Of a stretch of DNA of 64,000 bases, positions 1-12,500 are shown piece by piece; the stretch's first letter is position 1; each line of letters opens with the position of its first letter. Made by a program: the position numbers and the translations under genes. The notes beneath the pieces are model-generated. The model did not search any database. It was given only the letters and a program-made list of their open reading frames with translations, and was not told the origin of the DNA. Origin of the DNA: Ruditapes philippinarum (lineage: Eukaryota); NCBI RefSeq assembly GCF_026571515.1, contig NW_026853413.1, positions 62,001-126,000 on the forward strand. The letters are read 5' to 3'.

Positions 1-3000
1 CTGCTCAGCCAAAATACTTTGTACGGACATGTCACTTGCCAATAGTATCTTCTCATGTCTCTGTAAATAAACAAAGTTGGTGAAAAGTCATAAAAATCAA
101 ATTTGTTTTGAAATAAAGTTTTATCGTCTGGTACGATGACAATTTATTTTATTACCCCTCACTTTTTTCGTAATGCTAATTTCCCATAGGCCTCTGGGAG
201 TTATTTTTACTGTTAATGCAAGTGTACCACGTGACTAAAAATTTTGTACTGTTACATAGGTAACAGTATTTTTTAAGCGGTCACGTGGTCTATTTCCTAA
301 ATAAAATGAAATAAAATTGCCGCCATTTTTTTCTCGATTCATTCTTATTTTCGACGTTAAACCCCGATAGGACATCAATTTCTCCTCTGGAGTCCCTATG
401 ACACTCGTAAAATTTAGTTGTTTGTACCCTGGTGTACTTTTCGCGTATAAAATATCTTTTTGCTCAATAGTCAAAAGTGAAATCCGTTTTCAACGGAAGT
501 GATTGCAATGTAAATAATTATGTGTCAAACTGAAACATGCAGAAGATTTAAGCATGCAACAAAGGATTATTTAACAAATTTAATCAGTGAAAACGTTACA
601 GATATGGTGGACATAGGATATCATCGTTATTTTGTCAAAAACCATGCTAAGAATATATTGGAAACAGAAGGATCAGATTTCACAGATCATAACCGTGTAA
701 ATGGGTTAGTGTTTGTTTCCTAAATAAAACCTAGCTTATTGTATGTTTATGATTTGTAGATATCATCACTTGCTTAAAGAATAAAAGAAAAAGAAAACTT
801 CTCAAGTAGGCCTACAGTAAAGTACACTTAAAACTTAAAAGGTAAGGACAGTTTTGTTATTGTTACTCTTGGTTTATTTTTATTACAGTTAGATTTAGTT
901 GACAATTTCAGATCATCTCAGTATTTTTGTTCGGGATAATAAAATAAATAACACATGGGTTTGTGAGTAACAGTAAAAATATCATCCCTCGTAAAAATAC
1001 TGTTACCCTCGGCTACGCCTCGGGTAACAGTATTTTCCTCGGGATGATATTTTTACTGTCACCCACAAACCCATGTGTTATTTATATAATGTCTTTTCGT
1101 ATCTGGTATGATGACTATTTATTATATCTCATTGTTTCTTGTACGATTACTATTTATTATGTCTTATCGATTCTGGAAAAATGACTATTTTTCATGATCA
1201 TTGAGAAAGAAAATGTTGCAATAATTTTTTTTTCAAATGTAGTATTTTGATAAGATATTTAGTTAATAATGATTGCTACATACTATTTCGCACCCGTTGT
1301 TATTATAGTTATTCCGCATTTTATACATATTATAAATAAATAAATAAATAAGGAACGAATAGTGAAAGCAATAGTTTACAAACCGTGTTAATACTTAATG
1401 TTATGAAATGTATTTTGTTTTATTATTATAAATTATCTGTTTAAATTCGAAGTTTGGAGTGACCTTTTTCAAAAGTTGTGTAAAACATTAACTTACGGCC
1501 TGATTGCATAAAGAGACTGGCATTTAGCGTTTGTGGGTTTCTTTAGCTTTTTTGGTATGTTCCTTGCTTTCATCACCCATTCCCACCTATACAGTGAAAA
1601 AGTATATGTATCTTTAACAAAGTTAGAAATCATAATTATAACGTTTAATTTAGGTCTGTCTAATGAAGCAAGACAATTGCAACATGTATTATGAAACTAG
1701 ATCAATACATTCTGGCAAATGAAACTGTAAAAAATAGTTTGCAGAGTGTTTTACGAAACCAGTCTATGTTGAACCTAAAGAAAGGTTGTTAAAAATATTC
1801 TTTGGCAACAAGGTGTTTTATCATTTAAAAAAGTTCATTACACGTTTTTCTTCTATCACAAAAAGCTAATTTCATTTTTGGGGGAATATGCCCCTCCCCC
1901 TACGAACGGTGAAGACCCGTGGTCTTGGGTAAAAAGGAAAAAAGTTAAAGGGTCGTAATTGTTCTATTTTCGGGAGAAAAAGGAAACTTTTTCCCCCCTT
2001 TTTTCATAGGCGATTAAAAGCTGGCATAGAATTACTTCATCGAAATAAACAAAGTCTTAAAAAAAATGTTAAAATATTATCAATTTCTTTTTAAAGGGTA
2101 CTAGTTAAGTTATAAAAGCTTATAGTGTTAAAAAATAAATTTCTTTATTTTTTAAAACCCCCATTTTGTATAAACAGACTTCTTTAAGTTATTCGGGAAT
2201 TGTACCCTCTAAAAAGAAGGATAGGATGATGTCGATGAGATTTCTAACTTTATAATTATAATTTTATCTTTTATGGAAAAGGACAGTTTCAAGTGTATGG
2301 TTTAATTTTGCATGTTCTCTTTTTCCCTTTTTGATATATACTGTATTTTTACAAACTTGTGTGGTGGGAAATATTGTAATAATTATTGCAGATTTCCCTT
2401 ACCTAAATTAATAAATTTTATATTACAAAGTTTCGCAAATAAGAGATTAGCACAGTTGTATTCTGGAATTTAAATTAAAATGTGATTATCAGTTAGCCAC
2501 GGGGGTTATTCGTGCAAGATGTGAAATATCACGTGATATGTCTGATACACCATTTGCAAGATTGTAAACCGTATATGAATAACGAAAAAATGAACAAAAG
2601 ATAAAGAGTGCGTTGATATTATTTTAGGTAAACATGTAAACAGTGACTCATAAAAAGGTATTTACAATATGTGACAGATAACGACATTTTCATAACGTTA
2701 CAAAACATATTTAACAATCCCGGATCTGCCTTGAGTTTTTTTTCCTATCATTGAAGAAAAAAAAATATTTTAAGTATCTTTGATGTTAAATTAATTAATA
2801 TGCGACTTTTTAACTTAAGATTTTTATAAAAAAGTATTGGTTCTTATCTAGTAATAGTATTTCATATATTTAAATGGATATACAAGACAGCAGGGTGTAT
2901 GTTAATGTCGGATCTAAAGAAGAAATATAACATAAAAATACACTAAAGATACATTTTTAAGTTAACTGCTGTACCAGTTAGATATGTTTTATTTTCTTGA

Positions 3001-3502
3001 TGTAGTTGATTAGTTGCTGTCGTTGCTGCTGTTGCTGTTCAAATCTAGGTTTTAACATGAACTTGAAATATGCTAATTCATTCACCTTAGTCATTGACAT
3101 TGAAAAATAAGCTACGTGTCTTTGCTTACGACAAACAGGCGTTTTATGCTTTACAAAACTTATTGAAAACGTCAACACGAAAACCAGTACATGTTGTGTT
3201 CTTACTACACATGGTTACTTCAATAAATAAAAAGATTTAGAGTTTATAACAAAGAACAGTATCTTGATTCGCTTTATACATATTAAGCCGAAGTTTCGAT
3301 AATAATTTTTCTGATATCAATGGTTAAAAGAAAAAACAAAATAAGGTACAAATTTAGAAATGAAGCTTGATATTTTATATGTTGATGTGAAGAGCTCCAG
3401 TTTTAGATTACAGCTTGAACTAAATAAATTCCTTTACAAAAATGATTTGAACATTCTTTGATTTTTGTTTAAATGATTTTCAATGAAAAAAAAACTTACC
3501 AT
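1..3502 (-). CDS. G1: Spaetzle-like/cystine-knot secreted protein, subfamily A (partial; 3' part lies outside the window)
   Basis: ATG mini-exon 3520-3500 (ttcag|ACAAAAGCGACAAGCAACATG|gtaag). Exon 1586-1497 encodes WEWVMKARNIPKKLKKPTNAKCQSLYAIRP. Exon 60-1 encodes DMRRYYWQVTCPYKVFWLS. All are GT-AG bounded and align to G2/G3. The expected signal-peptide exon (~2170-2400) is only vaguely recognisable, in apparently error-rich sequence. Confidence 0.75.
946..1086. repeat. Long hairpin, probably the end of a non-autonomous element spanning ~145-1086
   Basis: AAATAACACATGGGTTTGTG...CTCGGCTACGCCTCG...CACAAACCCATGTGTTATTT; ~65-bp stem. Confidence 0.7.
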
Positions 3503-3725
3503 GTTGCTTGTCGCTTTTGTCTGAAATATAAAATATATCTGTTTAGTTTAATTTTTATAATTATTCAATTAAATCATAATATATGATATGATAACTTAAT
3601 CAAAATTATACAATAAAGTGCTGATATGTCTAATGCTTACTAAAGTATTAATTCCACAATATGGTAGGAAATGGTAAAATGTACCAGTAATTCCTTCAAT
3701 GACACGGGAAGATCATTGTCGCTCG

Positions 3726-3774
3726 TTTATAAACACCTGTATTGACCGCTAGAAACATAGGTTCGTCCGGGGGT
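3726..3774 (-). promoter_or_regulatory. Putative G1 core promoter: CGAACCT motif + TATA box
   Basis: AGGTTCG on + at 3759-3765 and TATAAA on - at 3731-3726. The same arrangement occurs upstream of G3-G6. Confidence 0.6.
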
Positions 3775-5029
3775 ATTGTCAATATTCGAGACGACTATTG
3801 CCACATGCTAACCTTTCAAATAGACCACCAAGAGGTGCAATGTTTGTTTTCTTATTGTATAGAGCTCCTCGGAGATTTCGAGTTCACGCTTTACACAGAT
3901 TAGTGTTCAAAGTTTCACGACGTAAAATGTTTTACACTTTTTTATGATGACAGATTTATTGTATAAGAATAATGTCATAATGACAAGATATAGATTCCGA
4001 TACAATATAACTACGATTTTCTGTTTGTCATGCAAAATATTACTGCTTGTCTGTCTGTGATCGGCTCGGTGCCGTTTCAAAAATGACATGAAACTTTGTG
4101 GTTATTAAATTTGAAATATTTTTACCCTAGTAAAAATATATTATTTGTGTTTGTCTAATTCTATGAAAATTATGCCACATATTCTTTGACACTGATTGGA
4201 ATCATGGCCCTAAACGAGCAGATAACACTTAATATTTTGGGATAAAAGAGTCAGTTAATATATTATATAATAAGGTGTTTTATCAACATTTGAATATATC
4301 ATTTTTGCTTTATTTAAAAAAGCCAAAAAGGATAATCCATGCCCGAGATCACGGAGAGTCATCACGGTTATAGGAAAAGGTACACGAGGAATTGCCTCCT
4401 TGAATAATACGTGTATTTATAAATCTGTCTTATGTTTCGATCGGTTCAGCTGTCGTCTTTTATGTCATCATTTTGACCCAACGGAGCTCTATTGCACGTT
4501 GTGCATGCTGACATAAATTGCAAGTTTAAGATAAATAATGAATCCATATTGCCGTAATAAAGGCCATTGCATCTTAGAATGCTATCAGTAGTTCAAGATA
4601 TTTTGTAGAACAAGTTGTTTCTAGACGTAACAAAAGCGCACCTCAACACGATCCGATTAGAAAATGATTATTATAATATAAATGTTTTATTACCAGTCTG
4701 GACAACATATGATTAATCTTCTGCAGCTGATGCACAATATATCAAATTGTCCGTGTAAGGATTAATTACCTTCTTATGTGGCAAGTTTTGCAATTCATGG
4801 AGTGTCATCAGAATGTTTGTCAGCATAAATATTTATAGAAATATCATTATCAAGTTCGTTAAAATATTCTAATACCTAATTGATTTTGGCTGTTAAAACG
4901 TTTATGCGGAAAATGACTGGTTAGTTCCTTTTTTATGCATAAAACTAAATTTGAGATATGACTCTGACATAAAACGATACACAGTCCTCAAATAACTTGC
5001 ATTGCCATCACTACGGTGCTTCGCACCAA

Positions 5030-5272
5030 CACAATAAAAGCAAATGACGACTTTCCAGCTCAGCTGGTGGAGGAAGACTTTAGGTGCCCATTCGTGCATT
5101 ATTGCACTCACGAGCGATCACCTTAAAAAAGCCATCAACGTTCCGTAAAGCTAGTCGGATAGCTTCCGCACAAAAAAAGAATCAAAAGTCCATGGTGAGA
5201 TTCGAACCTTCAACGATGAGGTGCAAGTTTTTTTTAAATCAACAACCTTAACCACACCGCCGCGGACGCCCT
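5030..5272 (-). mobile_element. tRNA-derived SINE copy
   Basis: Reverse-complement similarity to 8344-8594 (GGGCGTCCGCGGCGGTGTGGTTAAGG head; GGTTCGAATCTC B box). Confidence 0.65.
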
Positions 5273-7607
5273 CTTTATACTGCGTGTGTATCGTGATGTA
5301 ACGTCAGTTACATCTAGCTTGTCTTCTTAAAACATTGAATCCGGTTATTTAAAGTTGAATCTGCAAATTGTAGGCGCTGAAATATTATAAAGCATTCACT
5401 TCGTTTTATTAAATCTTAATCATAGTAAGTCTATTTTCCTGTATTGATTTTCAATTAATGTCCTAGTTTATGAATGTTTGGTTGATTTTTTTTAAATGTT
5501 TTATCATTCACTTTTTACCATCAATAAAAAAGATATGGCCATTGTATCATTATGAAATTCTAACAAAGAGATTATCCCACGGAAGCACCGAAGATAGCAA
5601 AGCTATATGAAAATTGCAGGCTCGGTTTAATTGAATGTGTTCATGGTGGATAATGGAGAATTGCAACATCCCTTTTGCCCTACATACACCTGTTTTAGCG
5701 ATATTCAATCCTCATAATTTAATATGATTGACATCATTGAATTAAGTCAGCAACAAGCAGTCAAAGGCAAATATTCAAAAGTGTTTTGTTTACTTTTGAC
5801 CTATGTCAACAAAGACGAAGCCATCACCTTATAATGTCGATATTTAGCAGTGGAAGTATACCATATATATTTGTTTCCCCTTCGGTGATTCGCAGCATGT
5901 CATACTAGTGAATGAGAACTGGAAAGCAGAAAAAAGTATTGCTGCACATGAATTCGAAAGCAGACCCTAACATTGTGAATGTCCGAAAATCTATTTATTG
6001 TTTTGTGAACAGCAGATTCGAAAAAATGACAGTAAACATCTATAATAGCTACAATACTTTGGAATTTGAAAAAGGTACTGTTTTTAGGATGGTATATCTG
6101 GCCAACATTTCTTTACTCATTTCGTTGTATAAACAGTCAAGCAGGTAATTGGCATATCTCAGTTATTATCAGATATGATCAGCCAGCGAAGGTCGCGTAG
6201 AGACAGAGTGAACTATTTTTAGCCCAAAAATATTAGATTTTATTAATGAAATTCCTTGCTTTGTCTATATAGAGTTAAAATGTTGAGCTATGTAAAAGGC
6301 ATTTTCTCAGTTTATTTTTTCTGTTGTAAATAAGTTTAAAGAATAGTTAATAAAATGTAAGTGTATCAATCTTGTATACCATAAATAGTACAAATATATA
6401 TTGATTTAATTATCATGCTTTCACTTGGACTTAATCTATACAAGCACAGAGTTCTAAATGAAAGACATTTTCAGCGAAACCGTGTTTAAATAGATTTCTG
6501 TTAAAACAGTTATTTGGGTAATTTTCATTGAAAAGCCTCCCGTGACGAATTCAATCTCCAATGAAACTATGAAAAATGCATCAATACTGATGAAACTTGG
6601 CACAAGTGTTAACTGGACCAAAGCCTCTGTCACAGCATGCTTGACCTTAAATTTCCTGTTACCATGGCAATGGGGGACGTCTCAAAATTGCCTAAAATCA
6701 CTATTTTGTATTGTATTTTTTTCCATATAAACTGATTTCAAGGTGCTGCAACTTCTCAATTGATTGAGATAGAGTAAAAGGCTTATCAACGTTGGTAACA
6801 CGTTACTTTATGATCGACATGAGGCCATTTTAGCCTGTCACATGTCCAAAATTTTCTTGACGATGAGGTGGGCTGCCGCCCCTTCAAACCCCCGAAACAG
6901 TAAGGGGCACATTCCCCTTCTGGCAACTCCTTGATGTACCTTTTTGATAGGGGCGGCGCCGTAAAAGTGATCACATTTTTATCAACATTTTTCAAACGAT
7001 AAACAGTGTTTGAAGTCTTGATAGGGCATTTTTCACTGTTTGAGGCCGCAAAAGGGGGCGGAGAGCGAAAAGCCGTCAAACACGTCTATATGAGAGAGTG
7101 ACGGAAATGGCCGATATGTTTCTATTTGACTTATCAGAAGTTCTTACTTTCCGCAAATCGAACAATTAAATAACTCTTCAACAGTTGTTTAAAGACCTCT
7201 CGCCTGCTTCTTTTTAAAGAAGCAAACTTGTAGAAGTAGTTTTGTACTAAACGTCACATATGAATTTTCATATTTCTTACTAGGATTAGTTGTTGATATT
7301 TGTAGAAAATTAGTAGGATTATAAGTACAAAGAAAATGTACATGCTTTGAAATTGTTATCATCTTTGATTACATGCTTTTCGATGGTTTATAGAAATATA
7401 TCAGTGATTTAAAACTGGTAATTTCACTGTTTTGAGTTTAAGCCCATTACGTTGTTTCAGTGAAATGCCAGCGTGCACAGTACTGGGTACCAACTTAATG
7501 ACGTGACGTCGTAAATGACGTCACATTGTATTATTATTTGGCGCGCTTTTAATTCAATATTAGGTTTTATGTCTTTTCAAAACGTTTCTTTGCATATAAT
7601 AAAAAGA

Positions 7608-7770
7608 AAATTTGTTTAGTTTAGTGTAAGATCAAAATATATTTCACCTTGTGAACACCAAAAGTTCATATTTCACTCGTGGCTGCGCCACTCGTGAAAT
7701 ATACCTTTTGGTGCACACTCGGTGAAATATATTCCGATCTTACACTGAACTAAACAAATATCCTCTATAT
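7608..7770. repeat. Long terminal hairpin of an interspersed element
   Basis: TTTGTTTAGTTTAGTGTAAGATC...CACTCGTGGCTGCGCCACTCGTG...GATCTTACACTGAACTAAACAAA. Confidence 0.7.
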
Positions 7771-8343
7771 GTTATTGACTACAGTAGTGACACAAACAGA
7801 ACATTGTTGCACTACAGTCATGTTACATTACAGTTACAAGTCTTGTAAGTCTTGTTTGTATTCAATGAAATTACTTTCCTTACCAGGTAGAAATCAGTGA
7901 AAGCATATTTTTTAATTTTAATATCTGGCCCCTCTCTTCTGGACTGTACATGTATGATACCAGAAGTGTAATGTTTACAAAACTTTCAGAAAAATGTACA
8001 ATAGTACTTAATCTGAATATAACATGACCTGTTCGTAGGAATGATTTGATAAGGTATTTTTTGTGCAGAGCTTCTCGGTTGCTGCATTGCAGCAACATTT
8101 GTACTTGTTTAACTTAAGATTGCTCTTTTTGAAGGATTATTTCAAAAACATCATTTTCTGTATGTTTATTTATATCAACAGGTGAAAGGTAAAGTGGTAA
8201 AGATTCTTTAGTTTTAAAAATATAAATATTTTAATATATAAAGCATATGAAGAAAAACTGTAATTGTTTTTTTTACAAAAATTTTGTCATGATAACGACA
8301 TGAATATGTTCTTTCTGATCTTTCGGTCTACTCTTATTACATT

Positions 8344-8594
8344 GGGGCGTCCGTGGCCTAGTGCTTAAGGTCGTTGACTTCAAAGCACTTGCCCCTCATC
8401 GCTTCGAATCCAGACAGGGACTTTGGATTCTTTCATGTGAGGTTTTACGGACCGTCGGTGGTTCTACTCAGGTGCCCGTTCGTGCCTGAAATAATGCACG
8501 GAAGGGCACGTGAGGTCTGCCTCCACCAATAAAGCTGGAACGTCGCCATATGACCTATACTGTGTCGGTGTGACGTAAAACCTAATCAATCAAA
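8344..8594 (+). mobile_element. tRNA-derived SINE, near full length
   Basis: GGGGCGTCCGTGGCCTAGTG (A-box-like), TTCGAATCC (B-box-like), body ending CGCCATATGACCTATACTGTGTCGGTGTGACGTAAAACC plus a (CAAT) tail; several related copies in the window. Confidence 0.8.
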
Positions 8595-8967
8595 CTCTTA
8601 TTACATCTTTTAGTATGCTTACGACCTCTGACTACAGAGTTATGTATCAGTCAGTGGTAAAGAGCGCTCGTATATTATTAACAGGAGTTAGAACCCCTTC
8701 CAGGGCGAGATTTGTCTCTTTTAAAGTCCGAAGGAAAGTGACTAGGTCATTGATTTTAAACTGTTTGGAAAATGATTCATGAGCAAATGGTGAAGGTGTC
8801 TGATAACAAGAAACTATTGAGTATCTAATCTTAAACTTTTTTTAAAATAATCTTGATCTTTATTTTTGTAAATGTATTTAGCCATATTTTGCCGGCTTCA
8901 AGTGATTTAATATCACACGAAGTTGATATTTTTGTTATTTATCTATTTTGATTTTGGTGAGGGAGGG

Positions 8968-9202
8968 GGTTGACGTCGCACCAACACAGTATGGTTCATA
9001 TGGCGCCTTTCTGGCTTTACTGGTGGATTACCTTGCATTTCAGGCAAGGCGGGCACCATAGTAGAGCCACCGACGTTCCCAAAGCTGGCTGGATAGCTCC
9101 CTCATATAAAAGAATCCAAAGTCCCGGGCAGGATTCAAACATATAGCATTGTGGGGAAAGTGGCTTGAAGTCAATTACCTTAATCATTTGGCCAAAGACG
9201 AC
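8968..9202 (-). mobile_element. tRNA-derived SINE copy, inverted relative to 8344-8594
   Basis: Shares ATATGGCG, GTAGAGCCACCGACGTTCC and AAAGAATCCAAAGTCCC with the reverse complement of the 8344 copy. Confidence 0.7.
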
Positions 9203-9516
9203 CAAAATTACTATTTCGGGACTTTAAAATTTTCTATAAAAAAAACTACATTTCAAATTTAATTTGCGGCTGTTGGATAGAATCAAACAACATCTTAAAA
9301 CTTATAGCATTCTAATTTGGAGGAAAGTGAAAAAAAAACGAATGTGTGATATAATGCGTCTAACTCTCGAATACTGATTGCAATAAGCTTACTAAATGAA
9401 ATGTTTGTCGCTAAAACTAGTATAACAGGGAAGAAAATCAGAGTCAGTATAACACTACACTATGCTGTTTAAATAACTACTTTATTCGTTGCTTTGATAA
9501 GACATATTTTATTAAA

Positions 9517-12500
9517 TCACACGGCTCCAATTTGCTGCTTCTGGTAGAAGGGTATCATTTTAGGATCAGTCCTGAACATGTCCCAACAATGCCAACACTC
9601 ACATGTCTGTGGTACTCGTATAGTTACCTGGAAAGGAATATAAATGGCTTTATATAATAAAATATCATTTAATGCAATAAATCAGATTGTTATCCAAAAG
9701 AATATAGTAAATGTGTATTAAATAGTATCCATCAAGTGTATAAATATTATTAAAAATATGATGTGAACAGATATGAATATAAGTCACAATAAATATTTTC
9801 AGTAAGACCATTCATTGTTTGTTATTTCCGTTATTTAAAATAGACTTAACATTATCTATATTTATTCTTATCTGTATCTTATTTTGTTGCGGCCTTAACT
9901 ATCTGTACATAACGACGGCAAACATAAAAAACAGTTTGAAAGCTACAGTGCATATATGACAATTTCATTTTTGAAAACTTTATATTCAATAAATGCTTTG
10001 ATATGATAAATGACACCAGCACAAATTAATTGTCATATTATATTTCCAATCATCAGAACTATCGCGTTAAAGAATGAATGTTACGGTATAATGTTGACTT
10101 GTCTATTTTGTTAAACTAATGTACATATATGAGTTTATATATTGCTTAGCCTATCTCTTTTACTTGTTGCNNNNNNNNNNNNNNNNNNNNNNNNNNNNNN
10201 NNNNNNNNNNNNNNNNNNNNNNNNNNNNNNNNNNNNNNNNNNNNNNNNNNNNNNNNNNNNNNNNNNNNNNNNNNNNNNNNNNNNNNNNNNNNNNNNNNTT
10301 AATTATCGAATTAAAATTCATATACTTAACATAATATTTCAAACAATGAAACTTTACCCATTTAAGACATAAATGTGGGGTTTTACTACAATTCACTTGT
10401 TCCACTTTTCCTCGAACAGTCCTGTAAGTCTTAATACAAAACACAAGGACTCTTTTTGGTATGAAATTATTCTCCAAACAAATAGAGTTGTTCACCTTAC
10501 AGAAAGGTGATCGAAATCTCTGGTCGCAAAAGTGGCTTTAAAAGATACATAAAAGTAAAATATAAATAGACATATAGGTTTCAATATAAAGTATTCACAT
10601 GTCTTTACTTAATATTGATACATAATTACCGTTTGAAATAAAATTTATCCTGGTATAAAGTATTGCAATCCTCGTATGAAATATTTCAATGTTTTAGTTT
10701 TTTACATGTATAAATGACACTTTTCCAAAAAAAAAAATATTTACATTATCAAACTTTAGTATATTCTTGACAAAAATATTAAACCAATCCCTAGAGTTTA
10801 CCATCTTGTTTGGAAAATATTGACGATTGAAGATGTCAAAGATGAGGTTTACTTATTTCATTGTAATCTAATTTTAGAAAAAAAGAGAAACAAACAAATA
10901 AAAAACCATAGTTTTCATTAAAAACTAACAAACCAACGAAAAGCACAATATAATAAAAATTCAGGTTAATTTAAACATGTATCTGTCAGACATGATAACA
11001 CAGAAAAAATGTGGGTTCAGAAAACCGGTACATATTTTTTATCTATCAATGGAGCATCGTTTTATTTTCACATAATAATTGTCCAGGTACAATTCTGAAC
11101 ATTTGTAAAAATAAGAGAGGTTTATCATCCAAATTTGAGAAAATACTGTACAGGTACAGATTAATTTACAAATATATCTTAATTCAAAATTTGTCAAGAA
11201 GAAAACCATTATTTAAGAAGCAGGAAAAAAACTAAAAAAGGATAAAAAATGACACCAGTAGATCTTGAATCAACGCGCCACGTAAACTCTGCATTTGGCA
11301 TCTATTACCTTAATATTGAACAAATGGGACTGTAAGTCTTAACAGTGTTGTTTTTACTAAAATCGTTTCACTTACGATGTACAGTTTACAATTCTGACTT
11401 GTTGTAGACATGGTTGCACGATGTAGCACGTTTCTGTATATCTCAAGTTGGTCCTAAATCTCCATGTAAACTTTCCCAGCCAAAACACTTCATATGGGCA
11501 TGATATCTGCCAATAATACCTCCTCATGTCTCTGTAACATTATTATATACATGAAGTTTAGTTAACAGTGTTTTCACTTTTATCATTAAAGTATTACATA
11601 TGCTAGGTAATGTCATACTGTATGTATGGGTATTGCGTTATGTTCTGTTATTTAATTGTTATTTTTATTACCGCCTCCGATGTATTTGTCCGTCTTTTCG
11701 CTAGCAGCCTTAACGCTGGCCATACATGTACAATTTTCAATGACAAAGTGTCATAATTGGCCAACCATATGTCTCAAATAGAGCTTCATTTTAATGAAAT
11801 AGGACATTTATTTATCAAGATATTGTGTTTTACATATACAAGTACCTACAATCATAGATGTATATAAATAATTGTATGATAATTTAGTCACGCCTGTAAT
11901 GAATTATTGTTCTGAAGTATGGGGATTTCACAAAGCTACTCATATCGAAAGAGCGCATCTTAGTTTTTGCAAGAGATTATTAGGTGTTGAAATAAGTTTT
12001 CAAAATGCATTTGTTTATGGTGAAACCGGAAAAATCTCTTATATTACTCATAGATATTTACATATAATACGGTACTGGTTAAAGTTATGTCAAAGTGATG
12101 ATGTTAAATATGCAAAGAAAATGTACACTGTTTTAAAAAGTGATCTTGAATCACATCCTAATCATATAAGTTGGGTATACTATGTACAAAGGCTATTATC
12201 TATATTAGGATTTTATGATGTTTGGTTAAACCAAGGAGTTGGTGATGTCAATATATTTTTGAATATTTTAAAGACACGATTGTACGATATAATTATACCA
12301 ACAGGACAGGAATGCAAGTTTATAGGCAAGTTTATAGGAATCATTATTATTTTACAGAACAATTTCTTTTTTTGATTGTTAGAATTATTTAAATGTTTTA
12401 ACTGTAGAAAAAAATAGAAAGTCAATGTCTAGATTGAGAGTGTCATCCCATAGGTTAGAAATTGAAACAGGCAGATACCTATAAGCACACCAATTGAACA

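Noticed and set aside
2978-3178. Poly-Q ORF as a candidate G1 exon 2
   Set aside because: No similarity to paralogous exon 2 and no hydrophobic signal peptide; it is an intronic trinucleotide repeat.
6195-7110. GC-richer block with ORFs 6542-6730 and 6786-7079
   Set aside because: Probably DNA-transposon remnants, but matching termini, a TSD or a recognisable protein could not be defined.
8344-8420. Possible tRNA gene
   Set aside because: A and B boxes are present but there is no complete cloverleaf, and it continues into a repeated SINE body.
10119-10372. ORFs containing X runs
   Set aside because: They read through the N gap; only 10535-10358 is a real (G2) exon.
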